Part shown: positions 1 through 11,386 of the stretch, piece after piece | Layout of the letters: each line of letters begins with the position of its first letter | Position numbering within the stretch: position 1 is the stretch's first letter | Assembly (NCBI GenBank): GCA_947383275.1 | Contig: CANDCW010000002.1 | Coordinates: forward strand, 19,873-83,872 | Source: an uncultured Bacillota bacterium | GTDB lineage: Bacteria; Bacillota; Clostridia; Oscillospirales; Oscillospiraceae | Direction: 5' to 3' | Length of the DNA stretch: 64,000 bases | Position numbers and translations under genes: made by a program | Notes under the pieces: model-generated | Seen by the model: the letters and a program-made list of their open reading frames with translations, nothing else | The model's database searches: none | Told to the model about the DNA's origin: nothing

Positions 1-1086
<1,086 letters not shown>

Positions 1087-1094
1087 GCGAAGTC

Positions 1095-1130
1095 AAGCGG
1101 GCCGTGCCAACAACCGGCACGGCCCGCTTT
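1095..1130 (+). terminator. Intrinsic terminator after guaB
   Basis: AAGCGGGCCGTGCC / GGCACGGCCCGCTT stem with a short T tail. Confidence 0.75.
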
Positions 1131-1183
1131 GCTGTGAAGGGAAACAAGGCGGGGGTCTGCTTTTTTGAGAGGAGGAAGGTACT

Positions 1184-4100
1184 GTGTTCAAGCTTCTGCT
1201 GGGCCGTGCGGGAAGCGGCAAGACGACCGCTGTGTTGAAACGGCTGTGCCAGGCGGGCAAAGAACGGCCCCAGGTGCTGCTGGTACCCGAACAGCAGTCC
1301 CATGAGACGGAGCGTGCGCTGTGCGCTGCGGGCGGACCCAAAGCCAGCCTATACGCTGAAGTGCTGTCCTTTAGCCGTTTGGCCAACCGCATTTTTCAGA
1401 AGGCGGGCGGGCTGGGGGAGGAGGAGTTGGAACCGGGCGGACGCCTGCTGCTGATGTACCGGGCAGTGCAGGGCGTTGCTCCTAAGCTGACTGTGTACAG
1501 CCGCCCCTCCAGAAGGCCCGCATTTCTCACATCCCTGCTGGCGACAGCGGATGAGTTGAAGAGCTGCTGCGTCCCCCCGGAGACACTGGTCCGGGCAGGA
1601 AAGGATGCATCCGGCCCCGAGGGAGATAAGCTGCGGGACCTGGGGCTTATTTTTGGGGAATATGAAGTCCTCACAGCCCAGACCGCTTTGGATCCCCGGG
1701 ACCGGCTCACCCGTGCAGCGGATAAGCTGCGCCTCTGCCGCTGGGGAGAAGGAAAGGACATCTGGCTGGACGGCTTTATCGACTTTACCCCCCAGCAGGG
1801 AGAACTGCTCCGACGGCTGATGGCCCAGGCCCACTCCACAACTGTCACGCTTACCTGCGGACAGTTGGAGGAGGATGGGGAAAGCATATTCCTGCCGGCC
1901 CGCCGCACAGCCAACACGCTATTGCGGTTGGCGGGGGAGGAACGAATTGGCTGTGAAGTAGAACACCTTGTCATAAATGAAACGGATAAGGCGGAGCCGT
2001 TGGTCTGCCTGGAGCAGTCACTTTTTGCCGAAAACACCCCGGAACCCATTTTGTGCGGTGGGACAGTGGAGCTGCTCCGGGCGTCCGCGCCCCGGAGCGA
2101 GGTGGAGTGGACTGCCGCGCGCATCTTGCGTCTAGTGCGGGAGGAGGGATACCGATTCCGGGATATTGGCGTGGTGGCTCGAAACTACGGGACTTATCGA
2201 GATCTGGTGGAGTCTGTCTTTGCGCGCTACGGGGTGCCGGTATTCTCCTCCGCCATGACGGATATCTTGGAAAAACCGGTGCTGGCGCTGGTTACTGCCG
2301 CCCTGGAAACTACGGCGGGCGGCTACCGATATGACGATGTTTTCCGCTACCTAAAGACCGGCCTGACTGATTTGTCCCAGGAGGATGTGGATCTGCTGGA
2401 GAACTATGTCCTGAAGTGGGACATTAAGGGCAGCCGGTGGACCCAGGCGAAGGACTGGTCCTGGCACCCAAAGGGCTACGGATTAAAATTCTCTCAGGAG
2501 GACAGAGAGCTTCTGGCCCGGGTGGACGGGGCCCGGCGACAGGTGACGGCCCCCCTGGAGGCCCTGCGGAAGAACAAGGACCGGACGGGGCGTGGACAAG
2601 CAATTTCACTTTATACCTTTTTGGAGGAGATCGACTTGCCGGCTCGGCTGGAGGAACGGGTAGAGACCCTCATCCGGCGGGGGCAGCCTGCTCTGGCGGA
2701 GGAGTACCGGCAGCTGTGGGATATCCTATGCGGCGGATTGGAGCAGTGCGCCGGCCTTTTGGGAGACGTCCCTATGGAGCTGGAGGAATTCGCCCTGCTA
2801 TTTCGGCTGGTGCTCTCCCAATACGATGTGGGTACGATCCCCGTCTCCCTAGACCGGGTAACGGCGGGAGAAACCACCCGTCAGACCGGCCATAGGGTGC
2901 GGGCGCTGTTCCTCCTGGGCGCGGACGATGGCTCGCTGCCCCAAGTTGGGATGGCGCCCGGACTGCTGTCCGACGACGACCGGGCCCTACTGGCCGGTTA
3001 CGGCTTGGAGCTGGCCCAGTCTCAGCGGAACCTGCTCTATCGGGAGATGACCACCATCTATCAGATCTGCGCCCGGCCCAGTCAAAAGCTGGTTGTCACC
3101 TGGCCGGTCCAAGGGGCGGGCGGGGAGGAGCGCCGGCCCAGTTTTCTGGTTGGCCGGCTGCGACTGCTATTTTCAGATTTGAAGCCAGTGCGGGAGGAGG
3201 AACTTCATGGCTCCTTCCGGCTGGAGGCCCCTTTACCCGCCTTGGAGCAGGCGGGACGGGACAGGAACGCCCGCCAGGCGCTGGAGGCGCTTCCTGAGTT
3301 CCGGGAGCAGGTGGACCGGCTGGACCGGGCCGCAAATTGGGAGCGGGGACGGCTGTCCCGTCAGGCAGTGGACCGGCTGTATGGCAGGCGGGTGGCTATG
3401 TCCGCATCTCGAATGGATAAGTATAAATCCTGCCATTTTTCCTATTTTATGCGCTATGGACTGGCGGCGGAGCCTCGCAAGCCTGCAGGCTTTACAGCGC
3501 CTGAGTACGGCACCTTTGTGCACTATGTGCTGGAGCACGTCCTTCAGGATGAAATGTTTGCCCAGACTACTATCCCCGGTATGGAGGAGGACGGAAACCG
3601 GGAAAAAAGACTGCGCAGCCTGACCAGGCAGGCGGTAGAGCGCTACGTTGGCGAAGAGCTGGGGGGGCTGGAGGGGCAGACTGCCCGGTTCCGGTATCTG
3701 TTTCGCCGCCTGCTGCGCTCTGTCCAGGCGGTGGTGGACAACGTGGCTGAGGAGCTGCTGAATTCCAGATTCAGGCCTATTTCCTTTGAGCTGGGGTTTG
3801 GCAAGGGCGAGCAGCTACCTCCAGTGGAGCTGAGCTGCGCGGGGGTGACCATCAGCATCACCGGCTTTGTAGACCGGGTGGACGGTTGGGTGGACGATGG
3901 TAAGCTCCATCTGCGGGTGGTGGACTATAAGACAGGCCGCAAGACCTTTGACCTTACGGAGGTATGGAATGGCCTGGGATTGCAGATGTTGCTTTACCTG
4001 TTTACCTTGGAGGAGAAAGGAAAATCCCTTTACGGCCTGCCGGTGGAAGGGGACGGTGTGCTCTATCTTCCCGCGCGGGAGGCCGTCATTCGGGGCCGCC

Positions 4101-4522
4101 GGTCCATAAGCGATGAAGAGCTGAAAAAGCAGGTGGATCGGGAGCTGAAGCGCAGCGGCCTAGTGGTGAGCGACCAGCGGGTGCTGGATGCGATGGAAGT
4201 CCGCAGGGAGAGAGGCTATCGTTTTTTGCCTCTGCGGGTGAAAGCGGACGGGAGCGTCACTGGCGAGGCCCTGGCTTCCGCCGAACAGATGGGCAGGCTG
4301 GGAAAGCATGTGCAGCGGGTGTTGGAGGACATCTGCCGGGAGCTGGCCGGGGGGAACATTGCCGCCGATCCTTTCTGGCGCGGCCCGGAGAAAAACGCCT
4401 GCCGCTTCTGCGACTATGCCGCCGCCTGCCACTTTGAACCGGGCCGGGGCGGCGACTGCAAGCGCTGGCTGTCCGGCGTTGACGCCCAGGAGTTCTGGGA
4501 ACAGATTGAGGGGAAGGCGTAA
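1184..4522 (+). CDS. addB: ATP-dependent helicase/nuclease subunit B (AddB)
   Basis: GRAGSGKT Walker A, VPEQ, C-terminal GFVDRVD...VVDYKTG PD-(D/E)XK nuclease, Fe-S cysteines (SCHF...CRFCDYAAAC). Confidence 0.93.
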   Translation: MFKLLLGRAGSGKTTAVLKRLCQAGKERPQVLLVPEQQSHETERALCAAGGPKASLYAEVLSFSRLANRIFQKAGGLGEEELEPGGRLLLMYRAVQGVAPKLTVYSRPSRRPAFLTSLLATADELKSCCVPPETLVRAGKDASGPEGDKLRDLGLIFGEYEVLTAQTALDPRDRLTRAADKLRLCRWGEGKDIWLDGFIDFTPQQGELLRRLMAQAHSTTVTLTCGQLEEDGESIFLPARRTANTLLRLAGEERIGCEVEHLVINETDKAEPLVCLEQSLFAENTPEPILCGGTVELLRASAPRSEVEWTAARILRLVREEGYRFRDIGVVARNYGTYRDLVESVFARYGVPVFSSAMTDILEKPVLALVTAALETTAGGYRYDDVFRYLKTGLTDLSQEDVDLLENYVLKWDIKGSRWTQAKDWSWHPKGYGLKFSQEDRELLARVDGARRQVTAPLEALRKNKDRTGRGQAISLYTFLEEIDLPARLEERVETLIRRGQPALAEEYRQLWDILCGGLEQCAGLLGDVPMELEEFALLFRLVLSQYDVGTIPVSLDRVTAGETTRQTGHRVRALFLLGADDGSLPQVGMAPGLLSDDDRALLAGYGLELAQSQRNLLYREMTTIYQICARPSQKLVVTWPVQGAGGEERRPSFLVGRLRLLFSDLKPVREEELHGSFRLEAPLPALEQAGRDRNARQALEALPEFREQVDRLDRAANWERGRLSRQAVDRLYGRRVAMSASRMDKYKSCHFSYFMRYGLAAEPRKPAGFTAPEYGTFVHYVLEHVLQDEMFAQTTIPGMEEDGNREKRLRSLTRQAVERYVGEELGGLEGQTARFRYLFRRLLRSVQAVVDNVAEELLNSRFRPISFELGFGKGEQLPPVELSCAGVTISITGFVDRVDGWVDDGKLHLRVVDYKTGRKTFDLTEVWNGLGLQMLLYLFTLEEKGKSLYGLPVEGDGVLYLPAREAVIRGRRSISDEELKKQVDRELKRSGLVVSDQRVLDAMEVRRERGYRFLPLRVKADGSVTGEALASAEQMGRLGKHVQRVLEDICRELAGGNIAADPFWRGPEKNACRFCDYAAACHFEPGRGGDCKRWLSGVDAQEFWEQIEGKA

Positions 4523-4532
4523 GGAGGTTATT

Positions 4533-5213
4533 GTGGATATTTGTCTAAATTATGTGGTTGCCGGGCAGGGTTTTCCGTTGGTAATGCTGCATGGAAATGG
4601 GGAGGACCACACCTATTTTAAGCACCAGATCGGTCCTTTTTCAGAGTGGTACCAGGTGATTGCTCCAGACACTCGGGGGCATGGGCGGTCCCCGAGGGGC
4701 AGGGCCCCCTTTACGTTGGACCAGTTTGCAGAGGACCTGAAAGCGTTTTTGGACAGCCGGGAGATCAGGCGCTGCCATCTTTTGGGATTCTCTGACGGGG
4801 CCAATATCGCCCTGCTGTTTGCCCTGAACTATCCGGAGTATGTGGAAAAGCTTGTCCTGAACGGGGCCGACTTATATCCCTCAGGGGTAAAGCTGTCCAC
4901 ACAGCTGCCTATTGTTCTGGGCTGGGGACTGCTTCAGGCAGTCCGCCGCTTTGACAAAAGAGCTCGGCCCAAATGGGAGCTGCTGGATCTGATGACGACC
5001 CAGCCTCACATCAACGCCAAGGCGCTGGCTGTTTTGAATATGCCTGCCCTGGTGGTGGCGGGGAACAGGGATATGATCCGGGAGAAGCATACCAGACTGA
5101 TTGCCAAATCCATCCCCGGCAGTGAGCTGGCCATTCTCCCTGGCGACCACTTTGTGGCCCGCCGAAACTGGGAAGCGTTCAATCCGGTTATTCTGGAGTT
5201 TTTAAGGAAATGA
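4533..5213 (+). CDS. Alpha/beta hydrolase
   Basis: LHGNGE, DTRGHGRS, GFSDG nucleophile elbow, GDH. GTG start follows an AAGGAGG RBS. Confidence 0.9.
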   Translation: MDICLNYVVAGQGFPLVMLHGNGEDHTYFKHQIGPFSEWYQVIAPDTRGHGRSPRGRAPFTLDQFAEDLKAFLDSREIRRCHLLGFSDGANIALLFALNYPEYVEKLVLNGADLYPSGVKLSTQLPIVLGWGLLQAVRRFDKRARPKWELLDLMTTQPHINAKALAVLNMPALVVAGNRDMIREKHTRLIAKSIPGSELAILPGDHFVARRNWEAFNPVILEFLRK

Positions 5214-5226
5214 AGGGGGATTTGTT

Positions 5227-6060
5227 ATGGAAAGCAGTAAAAATATTCTGACCATCGGGGATGTGCCTGGCTATGCAAAGGTGGGGCTGTCCGCTGTCTG
5301 GCCTATTTTGTCCAACATGGGCCACAGCGTCTACAACCTGCCTACCGCTCTGGTGTCTAACCCCTTTGAGTATGAAAAATTCGCGATATTGGATACCACG
5401 GACTATATGCGCCAGACCATCCAGGTGTGGAAGGAGCTGGACTTCCAGTTCGACTGCATCACCACCGGCTTTCTGGCCTCTGCGGCCCAGGTGGGGATTA
5501 TCCGGGACTTTATCGCCAGCCAGAAGAAGGAGGGGCTGCTGGTAATGACCGATCCCATCATGGGGGACGAGGGCAAGCTGTACAACGGCGTGACCGAGGA
5601 GACCATCGAAAATATGCGCCGCCTCATCGGGGTGGCGGATGTGATTGTACCCAATTTGACGGAGGGAGAGTTCCTCTCCGGCCTATACCAAGGCAGGGAA
5701 GCGCTTACCTGGCAGGAGGCCCGCCAGATGGTGGATGCCCTGCTGGCCTTTGGCCCCCGCTCCGTGGTGATTACCAGCGGCCAGGAGGCAGAGACGGGGG
5801 ATCACGTGGTGTGGGGCTTCGATCACGCGGCGGGAGAATATTTTACCATTCCCTATCGTCTGATCAGAGTCCATTTCCCAGGCACAGGGGATATGTTTTC
5901 CGCCGTACTGGCCGGGGAGCTGTTGGCCGGAAAAACCTTTCCTCAGGCCACCAAGCGGGCTATGGATGTGGTTGAGCGCCTGATTTTCCTAGAACAGGGT
6001 GAAATTGAAAAAAATAAGGGGATCCGCATTGAAAAATACCTGAGCGTGCTCAAGGAGTAA
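5227..6060 (+). CDS. pdxK: Pyridoxal/pyridoxamine kinase (PfkB family)
   Basis: DPIMGD-G-LY, PNLTE and GTGD motifs. Confidence 0.85.
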   Translation: MESSKNILTIGDVPGYAKVGLSAVWPILSNMGHSVYNLPTALVSNPFEYEKFAILDTTDYMRQTIQVWKELDFQFDCITTGFLASAAQVGIIRDFIASQKKEGLLVMTDPIMGDEGKLYNGVTEETIENMRRLIGVADVIVPNLTEGEFLSGLYQGREALTWQEARQMVDALLAFGPRSVVITSGQEAETGDHVVWGFDHAAGEYFTIPYRLIRVHFPGTGDMFSAVLAGELLAGKTFPQATKRAMDVVERLIFLEQGEIEKNKGIRIEKYLSVLKE

Positions 6061-6072
6061 GGAGAAACGCCC

Positions 6073-9000
6073 ATGCCATTTCCGTTGACAGATGAACAGC
6101 GAAGTATTGTGGATGACCGGGGGGGAGAGCTGCTGGTGTCCGCTGCCGCCGGGTCTGGGAAAACTCGGGTGCTGGTGGAGCGGCTGCTGGACCGGGTAAC
6201 CAAAGAGGGGTTGGATATTGACCGTTTTCTGGTTATCACCTACACGAAAGCCGCCGCAGCCGAGCTGCGGGGGCGCATTGCCCAGGAGCTGTCTGACCGG
6301 CTGGCCCTGGCCCCCAACGACCGCCATCTGCGCCGCCAGACCACTTTGGTCTACCGGGCAAAGATTTCCACCATCCATTCCTTCTGCGCGGACCTCATCC
6401 GGGAGAACGGGCACCTGTTGGATTTGGATCCGGACTTTCGCCTATGCGACGAAGGGGAGAGTCAGGTGCTCATGGCCCAGGTGCTGGAGGAGCTGCTGGA
6501 CAAGCGGTATGAGGATCTGCCTGAGGACAGCCCCTTTACCCTGTTGGTGGATACTCTGTCCGCCGGGCGGGACGACAGCCGCTTGGCCCAAATCACTGTG
6601 GATATCTTTGCCCGGGTGCAGAGCCACCCCGACCCTGCCCGCTGGCTGGAGGAGCAGAAGGCGCTGTGGAAGCTGGATGGGATTACCGACCTGGCCCAGA
6701 CCCCCTGGGGCGCGCCCCTGTTGGAGGATGCCAAGCGGCAGGCCCGAGGGTGTCGGGTCCGGCTGCTTCGGGCCTTGGAGCTGTGCCAGGGAGATGAGCT
6801 GCTGGAGGTCAATTATGGCCCGTCCATTTCCGCCACGCTGGAGGGGCTGGAGGATTTTTTGCTGGAGGAAACCTGGGACGGCGCCTATGCCCGCCTGCCC
6901 ATCCCGTTCCCCGCGGCGGGGCGGAAGCGGAAGCGGTCTGTTTCCATCAGCCCTTTTGTGGCGGAGCAGACCGCCAGGGCTGGGGAGCGGATGAAAGCCA
7001 TCCGGGACCGGTGCAAAAAGACACTGGAAAAGACGGCGGAGCCCTTTTGGGGAGACACCGCAGCCCAGTTGGAAGAGCTGTCCCTGTCCGCGCCGGCGGT
7101 GTGCGCCCTGATGGACCTGGTGCTGGAATTTCAGGACGCCTTTTCCCGGGAAAAAGCCAAGCGGGGGTTGGTGGACTTCTCTGACCTGGAACACTTCGCG
7201 GTAAAGCTGCTTACCGATGGGGAGGGGAATCCTTCCGAGCTGGCTCACTACTGGGGAGCCCGGTATGACGAGGTGCTGGTGGACGAATACCAGGATACCA
7301 ACCAGGTGCAGAACGCCATTTTTGGCGCCGTCTCCGGCAATGGACGGCGGTTGTTTCAGGTGGGGGACGTGAAGCAGTCCATCTACCGCTTCCGGCTGGC
7401 TGATCCGACCATCTTTTTGGACAAGTACCGCCGCTTTACCTCCGGAGACAGTGCGGAGGAGGGAGCGCCCCGCAAACGGGTATTGTCTCGGAACTTTCGT
7501 TCCCGGCCCCAGGTACTGGAGGGGTGCAATGATCTATTCAGAAGCATTATGTCAACTGAATTCGGCGAGCTTGACTACACCGAGGACCAGGCGTTGGTGC
7601 CGGGCAGATCCTTCCGCTCGGAGGAACGCTCCAGTGGCCCGGATCCCTACGCGCTGGAACTGGATGCCCTGGACCTGTCCTTCCTGGGGGATTGGGAAGG
7701 GGAGAAGGACGACAAAAACCTTTTGGAAGCCCGCTTTGCTGCGCGGAGAATACGGGAACTGCTGGACCGGCCCCTTATGGTCGAGGAGGGGGAGGGGCTG
7801 CGCCCCCTGCGGCCTTCCGATGTGATGATCCTCCTGCGCAGCCCAGGCCCGGTGCTCCACCACTACCTGCGGGCGCTTAACGAGGTGGGAGTCCCTTGGG
7901 CGGCCGACGGGGGAGAGGACTTCTTCGAGACCACTGAGGTCAACGTGGCTTTGTCCATTCTCCAGGTTGTGGACAACCCCAGGCAGGATGTGCCTCTGAT
8001 CGCGGCCCTGCGCTCTCCGGTGTATGGCTTTACCGCAGATAAGCTGGCCCTTCTCCGGGCGGACAGCAGCGGTGATTTCTATACCGCCCTGGTCAACGCC
8101 GCTGACAGCGGGGATGGGGCGTGCCGGGATTTCCTGAGCCATCTGGAGGAGCTGCGCTTTGGCGCGGGGGATCGCACCTGCCGTCAGCTGATGTGGCACA
8201 TGTTTGAGAAAACCAATCTGCTGGGCATCTTTGGCGCGATGGAGGATGGAGGAACGCGGCAGAGCAATCTGCTGTCCCTCTACGCCCTGGCCGGGCAGCT
8301 GGAGGACAGTGGATGCCGTACCTTGTTCCAGTTTTTGCTCCGCTTGGAGCGGCTGCGGAGCACAGGCTCCCGGTTGGGGACCACATCAGGGAATGGCCGG
8401 GAGGGAGAGGGGGTGTCTGTCCTGTCCATCCACCGCTCCAAGGGACTGGAGAAGCCGGTGGTACTGGTGTGCGGCCTCACCCGCCGCCTTAATCGGGATG
8501 ACCTGATGCGCCCGGTTCTGTTCCACCCCGTATTGGGGGTGGGGCCCCGTGGGCTGGACCGGGAACGTATGGTGGAATACCCTACTTTAGCCCGGCGGGC
8601 GGTGGCCCGCCAGCTGGATCGAGAGATGATGGCGGAGGAGCTGCGCCTGCTCTATGTGGCCATGACCCGCTCCCGGGAAAAACTGATTCTTACTCTGACG
8701 CTCCCCGAGGGGGCGGACGCCCTGGCGCGGCTGGGGGAGAGCCTGCCTGTCTCCCCCATGTCGCTGGAGCAGCAGCAGAGCGTGGGGGCGTGGGTGCTCC
8801 TTTACGCCCTCACCCGGCCGGAGGGAGCCGCGCTCCGGGATTTGGCTGATGTGCCTGAGGAGGCAACGGAGGCAGCGGGCCCCGCTTGGGACATCCGGTG
8901 GGTGGATGGGACCGCCCTGAGTGAAGAACATCAGGTGGAAGGCTGTTATACCGATCTTTTGGAGGAGGCGGACGGGGATCTGAGCGTACGCCTGTGTTGG

Positions 9001-9675
9001 GCCTACCCTTATATGGCAGCGGCCAATCTGCCCTCCAAGCTCACTGCCACCCAAATTAAAGGCCGGACTCTGGATCAAGAGGCAGCGGAGGATGCCGCCC
9101 TGCCTCCCCGAAAGGGCCAGCCCATTACCCGGCCCAACTTTATCGCCGAGCGGAAAGGGCTGACCCCCGCGCAGCGGGGTACCGCCCTGCATCTGGCCAT
9201 GCAGTACCTGCCTTTGAACGGGAACAGCAGCCCTCAGGCGGTAGCGCTTGAACTGGACCGTTTGGCGCAGGAGGGCTTTTTAACCAAGCTTCAGCGGCAG
9301 GCGGTAGAGCCGGAGCGGTTGTCTGCTTTTCTGGACAGCCCTTTGGGCCGGGCCATGGCCAATGCGGGGGAGAAGTGCCGTCGGGAATTCAAATTTTCGG
9401 TGCTGGCTTCCGCCTTGGACTACTTTCCGGATGGAAAAGGGGAGGAGGTCCTGCTCCAGGGTGTCATCGACGCCTGGTTTGAGGAGGAGGACAGCGTCAC
9501 GGTAGTGGACTTTAAAAGCGACCAGGTCGCACCCGGCGGTGAGCGGGCCAGAGCGGAGGAATACCGTCCCCAGCTGGCCGCGTACAGTCAGGCATTGTCC
9601 GCCATCTTGGGACGGCCCGTCAACCGGCAGGTGCTGTGGTTTTTTGCCACCGATACGGCGGTAGAGCTGCTGTGA
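6073..9675 (+). CDS. addA: ATP-dependent helicase/nuclease subunit A (AddA)
   Basis: SAAAGSGKT, DEYQD, VGDVKQSIYRFR, SIHRSKGLE, YVAMTR, C-terminal GVID...VDFKSD nuclease. Confidence 0.96.
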   Translation: MPFPLTDEQRSIVDDRGGELLVSAAAGSGKTRVLVERLLDRVTKEGLDIDRFLVITYTKAAAAELRGRIAQELSDRLALAPNDRHLRRQTTLVYRAKISTIHSFCADLIRENGHLLDLDPDFRLCDEGESQVLMAQVLEELLDKRYEDLPEDSPFTLLVDTLSAGRDDSRLAQITVDIFARVQSHPDPARWLEEQKALWKLDGITDLAQTPWGAPLLEDAKRQARGCRVRLLRALELCQGDELLEVNYGPSISATLEGLEDFLLEETWDGAYARLPIPFPAAGRKRKRSVSISPFVAEQTARAGERMKAIRDRCKKTLEKTAEPFWGDTAAQLEELSLSAPAVCALMDLVLEFQDAFSREKAKRGLVDFSDLEHFAVKLLTDGEGNPSELAHYWGARYDEVLVDEYQDTNQVQNAIFGAVSGNGRRLFQVGDVKQSIYRFRLADPTIFLDKYRRFTSGDSAEEGAPRKRVLSRNFRSRPQVLEGCNDLFRSIMSTEFGELDYTEDQALVPGRSFRSEERSSGPDPYALELDALDLSFLGDWEGEKDDKNLLEARFAARRIRELLDRPLMVEEGEGLRPLRPSDVMILLRSPGPVLHHYLRALNEVGVPWAADGGEDFFETTEVNVALSILQVVDNPRQDVPLIAALRSPVYGFTADKLALLRADSSGDFYTALVNAADSGDGACRDFLSHLEELRFGAGDRTCRQLMWHMFEKTNLLGIFGAMEDGGTRQSNLLSLYALAGQLEDSGCRTLFQFLLRLERLRSTGSRLGTTSGNGREGEGVSVLSIHRSKGLEKPVVLVCGLTRRLNRDDLMRPVLFHPVLGVGPRGLDRERMVEYPTLARRAVARQLDREMMAEELRLLYVAMTRSREKLILTLTLPEGADALARLGESLPVSPMSLEQQQSVGAWVLLYALTRPEGAALRDLADVPEEATEAAGPAWDIRWVDGTALSEEHQVEGCYTDLLEEADGDLSVRLCWAYPYMAAANLPSKLTATQIKGRTLDQEAAEDAALPPRKGQPITRPNFIAERKGLTPAQRGTALHLAMQYLPLNGNSSPQAVALELDRLAQEGFLTKLQRQAVEPERLSAFLDSPLGRAMANAGEKCRREFKFSVLASALDYFPDGKGEEVLLQGVIDAWFEEEDSVTVVDFKSDQVAPGGERARAEEYRPQLAAYSQALSAILGRPVNRQVLWFFATDTAVELL

Positions 9676-9708
9676 GGGAAGCGCGAAAAGAGCCCTGCCC
9701 CGCTGGCG

Positions 9709-9948
9709 CTATCTTTCTACCAGTATAATGTCCTCCCCGAAGCGCTTGATTGCCCCCCAAGGGATGACCTTGTCCTCTTCCCGTCCCAACAGCCCAAAAA
9801 AGCGCCGGCGCCCGGGGATCACCAGGGCCCGAACCTGACCGGACTCCAGATCCACCTCCATGTCTCCCACATAGCCGTACCGGCTGCCGTCCTCCACGCT
9901 GATCACTTCTTTGTACCGCAGCTCCGCGATTCTGGTATCCATACCCAC
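9709..9948 (-). CDS. YlmC/YmxH family sporulation PRC-barrel protein
   Basis: ELRYKEVI..DG...G.V.D.EVD...G and IPW..I..FGEDIILV. Confidence 0.9.
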   Translation of the reverse strand: MGMDTRIAELRYKEVISVEDGSRYGYVGDMEVDLESGQVRALVIPGRRRFFGLLGREEDKVIPWGAIKRFGEDIILVER

Positions 9949-9969
9949 GCCCCCAAACTGTTTTGATTC

Positions 9970-9999
9970 AACGTATGCGGCTTGGGGGCTGTCCTATGC
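9970..9999 (-). promoter_or_regulatory. SigmaE-like promoter for the ylmC/ymxH gene
   Basis: Minus strand reads GCATAGG-N15-CATACGTT, resembling the sigmaE consensus. Confidence 0.55.
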
Positions 10000-10100
10000 G
10001 GTTAAGAAAACCTTCATGAAATCTTAATCTTCCTCCCACTTTGTCCTTAAGGAAGCTCTGCTATTCTTGTGGACAGAACAAACGAGAGGAGGAGCGGAAT

Positions 10101-11345
10101 ATGGATTGGCTGTTTCCTGCCGCGCTGGCCCTAACGGGCACATTTGGAGTATTAATGGGGCTTTGGGGCGTTTGGTATCTGGTTTCAGGCCTGGCCTGTG
10201 TGCGGAAGCCGATGGACTATGGTTTCCATCCGGCGAAGACGAAGTTTGCGGTTTTGATTGCCGCCCGGAACGAAGAGCTGGTGATCGGTCCCCTGATCAA
10301 CAGCCTGCTCACCCAGGATTACCCGTCTGATTTGTACGACGTGTGGGTTCTCCCCAATAATTGTACCGACAACACAGCTCTGGCGGCCCGAAACTTTGGA
10401 GCCAAGGTGCTGGAGTGCACCGTTCCGGTGAAAAGCAAGGGGGAGGTTCTCCGTTTTGCCTACAACCGGCTCCGGGGCCGGCAGTATGACGCCTGGCTGG
10501 TTTTTGATGCGGACAACGTGGTGGACCGCCGTTTCCTGTCAGAGATGAACAATGCCCGGCTGGCCGGGGCTCAGGCGGCCCAGGGTTACCGGGACAGCAA
10601 AAACCCCTATGATACCGCCGTATCCAGCAGCTCTTCCATCTACTATTGGATGATGGACCGCTTCCACAATGGCGGAAAGGCCGGCTTAGGCGTATCCGCC
10701 ATGATCGGCGGAACTGGCTTTATGGTCACCCAGCAGCTGCTGGACAAACTGGGCGGCTGGCGTACGGAGACCATCAGCGAGGACCTGGAAATGACCGCTC
10801 AGGCTGTTCTGGCGGGGGAGAAGGTGGCCTATGTGCCAAAGGCGGTCACCTACGACGAACAGCCCCTTACCTGGGAGCAGTCCATCAGGCAGCGCCGCCG
10901 CTGGACCAGTGGTACGCTCCAGGTGGCCCAGCGCTGCCTGCCGGTTCTGGGGGAAGCTCAGTCTGACCGGCCCCGTCTGGTGCTGTTTGACTTGGAGCTT
11001 ACCCTTCTGATGCCCGCCTATCAGCTGGCCGCTCTGGCGGGATTGATTTGCACCGTGCTTACATCAGCCCTGGGCGGAAAAACGCTTCTTCAATCTCTGC
11101 TTCTGGGATTGGCGGGGGCCTGCGGCAATATCGCCTGGGCAGCTGTTACCGCAACCGTTGCCGCCGGGATTGTCATTACGCTGGAGGGCAAGTGGGACCG
11201 CCGCCTGTGGAAAGGATTGGCGAGCTACTGGCTGTTTCTCCTCACTTGGCTGCCCATTACCGCCGTCAGCTTTTGGAAAAAGACCACCGTCTGGGAGGAG
11301 ATCCGCCACACCCGCGCCATGGTCCCTCAGCTGCCGGGGAAATAA
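10101..11345 (+). CDS. Membrane-bound processive glycosyltransferase family 2
   Basis: FDADN (DxD), SED and QRRRW (QxxRW) motifs, N- and C-terminal TM helices, AGGAGG RBS. Confidence 0.9.
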   Translation: MDWLFPAALALTGTFGVLMGLWGVWYLVSGLACVRKPMDYGFHPAKTKFAVLIAARNEELVIGPLINSLLTQDYPSDLYDVWVLPNNCTDNTALAARNFGAKVLECTVPVKSKGEVLRFAYNRLRGRQYDAWLVFDADNVVDRRFLSEMNNARLAGAQAAQGYRDSKNPYDTAVSSSSSIYYWMMDRFHNGGKAGLGVSAMIGGTGFMVTQQLLDKLGGWRTETISEDLEMTAQAVLAGEKVAYVPKAVTYDEQPLTWEQSIRQRRRWTSGTLQVAQRCLPVLGEAQSDRPRLVLFDLELTLLMPAYQLAALAGLICTVLTSALGGKTLLQSLLLGLAGACGNIAWAAVTATVAAGIVITLEGKWDRRLWKGLASYWLFLLTWLPITAVSFWKKTTVWEEIRHTRAMVPQLPGK

Positions 11346-11383
11346 CCAAAAGCCGCTACCCCTTACGGGGTAGCGGCTTTTGG
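11346..11383. terminator. Bidirectional terminator
   Basis: CCAAAAGCCGCTACCCC / GGGGTAGCGGCTTTTGG between convergent genes. Confidence 0.85.
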
Positions 11384-11386
11384 TTA

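Noticed and set aside
4308..4532. N-terminal extension of the hydrolase ORF overlapping addB
   Set aside because: The strong RBS and family start are at GTG 4533.
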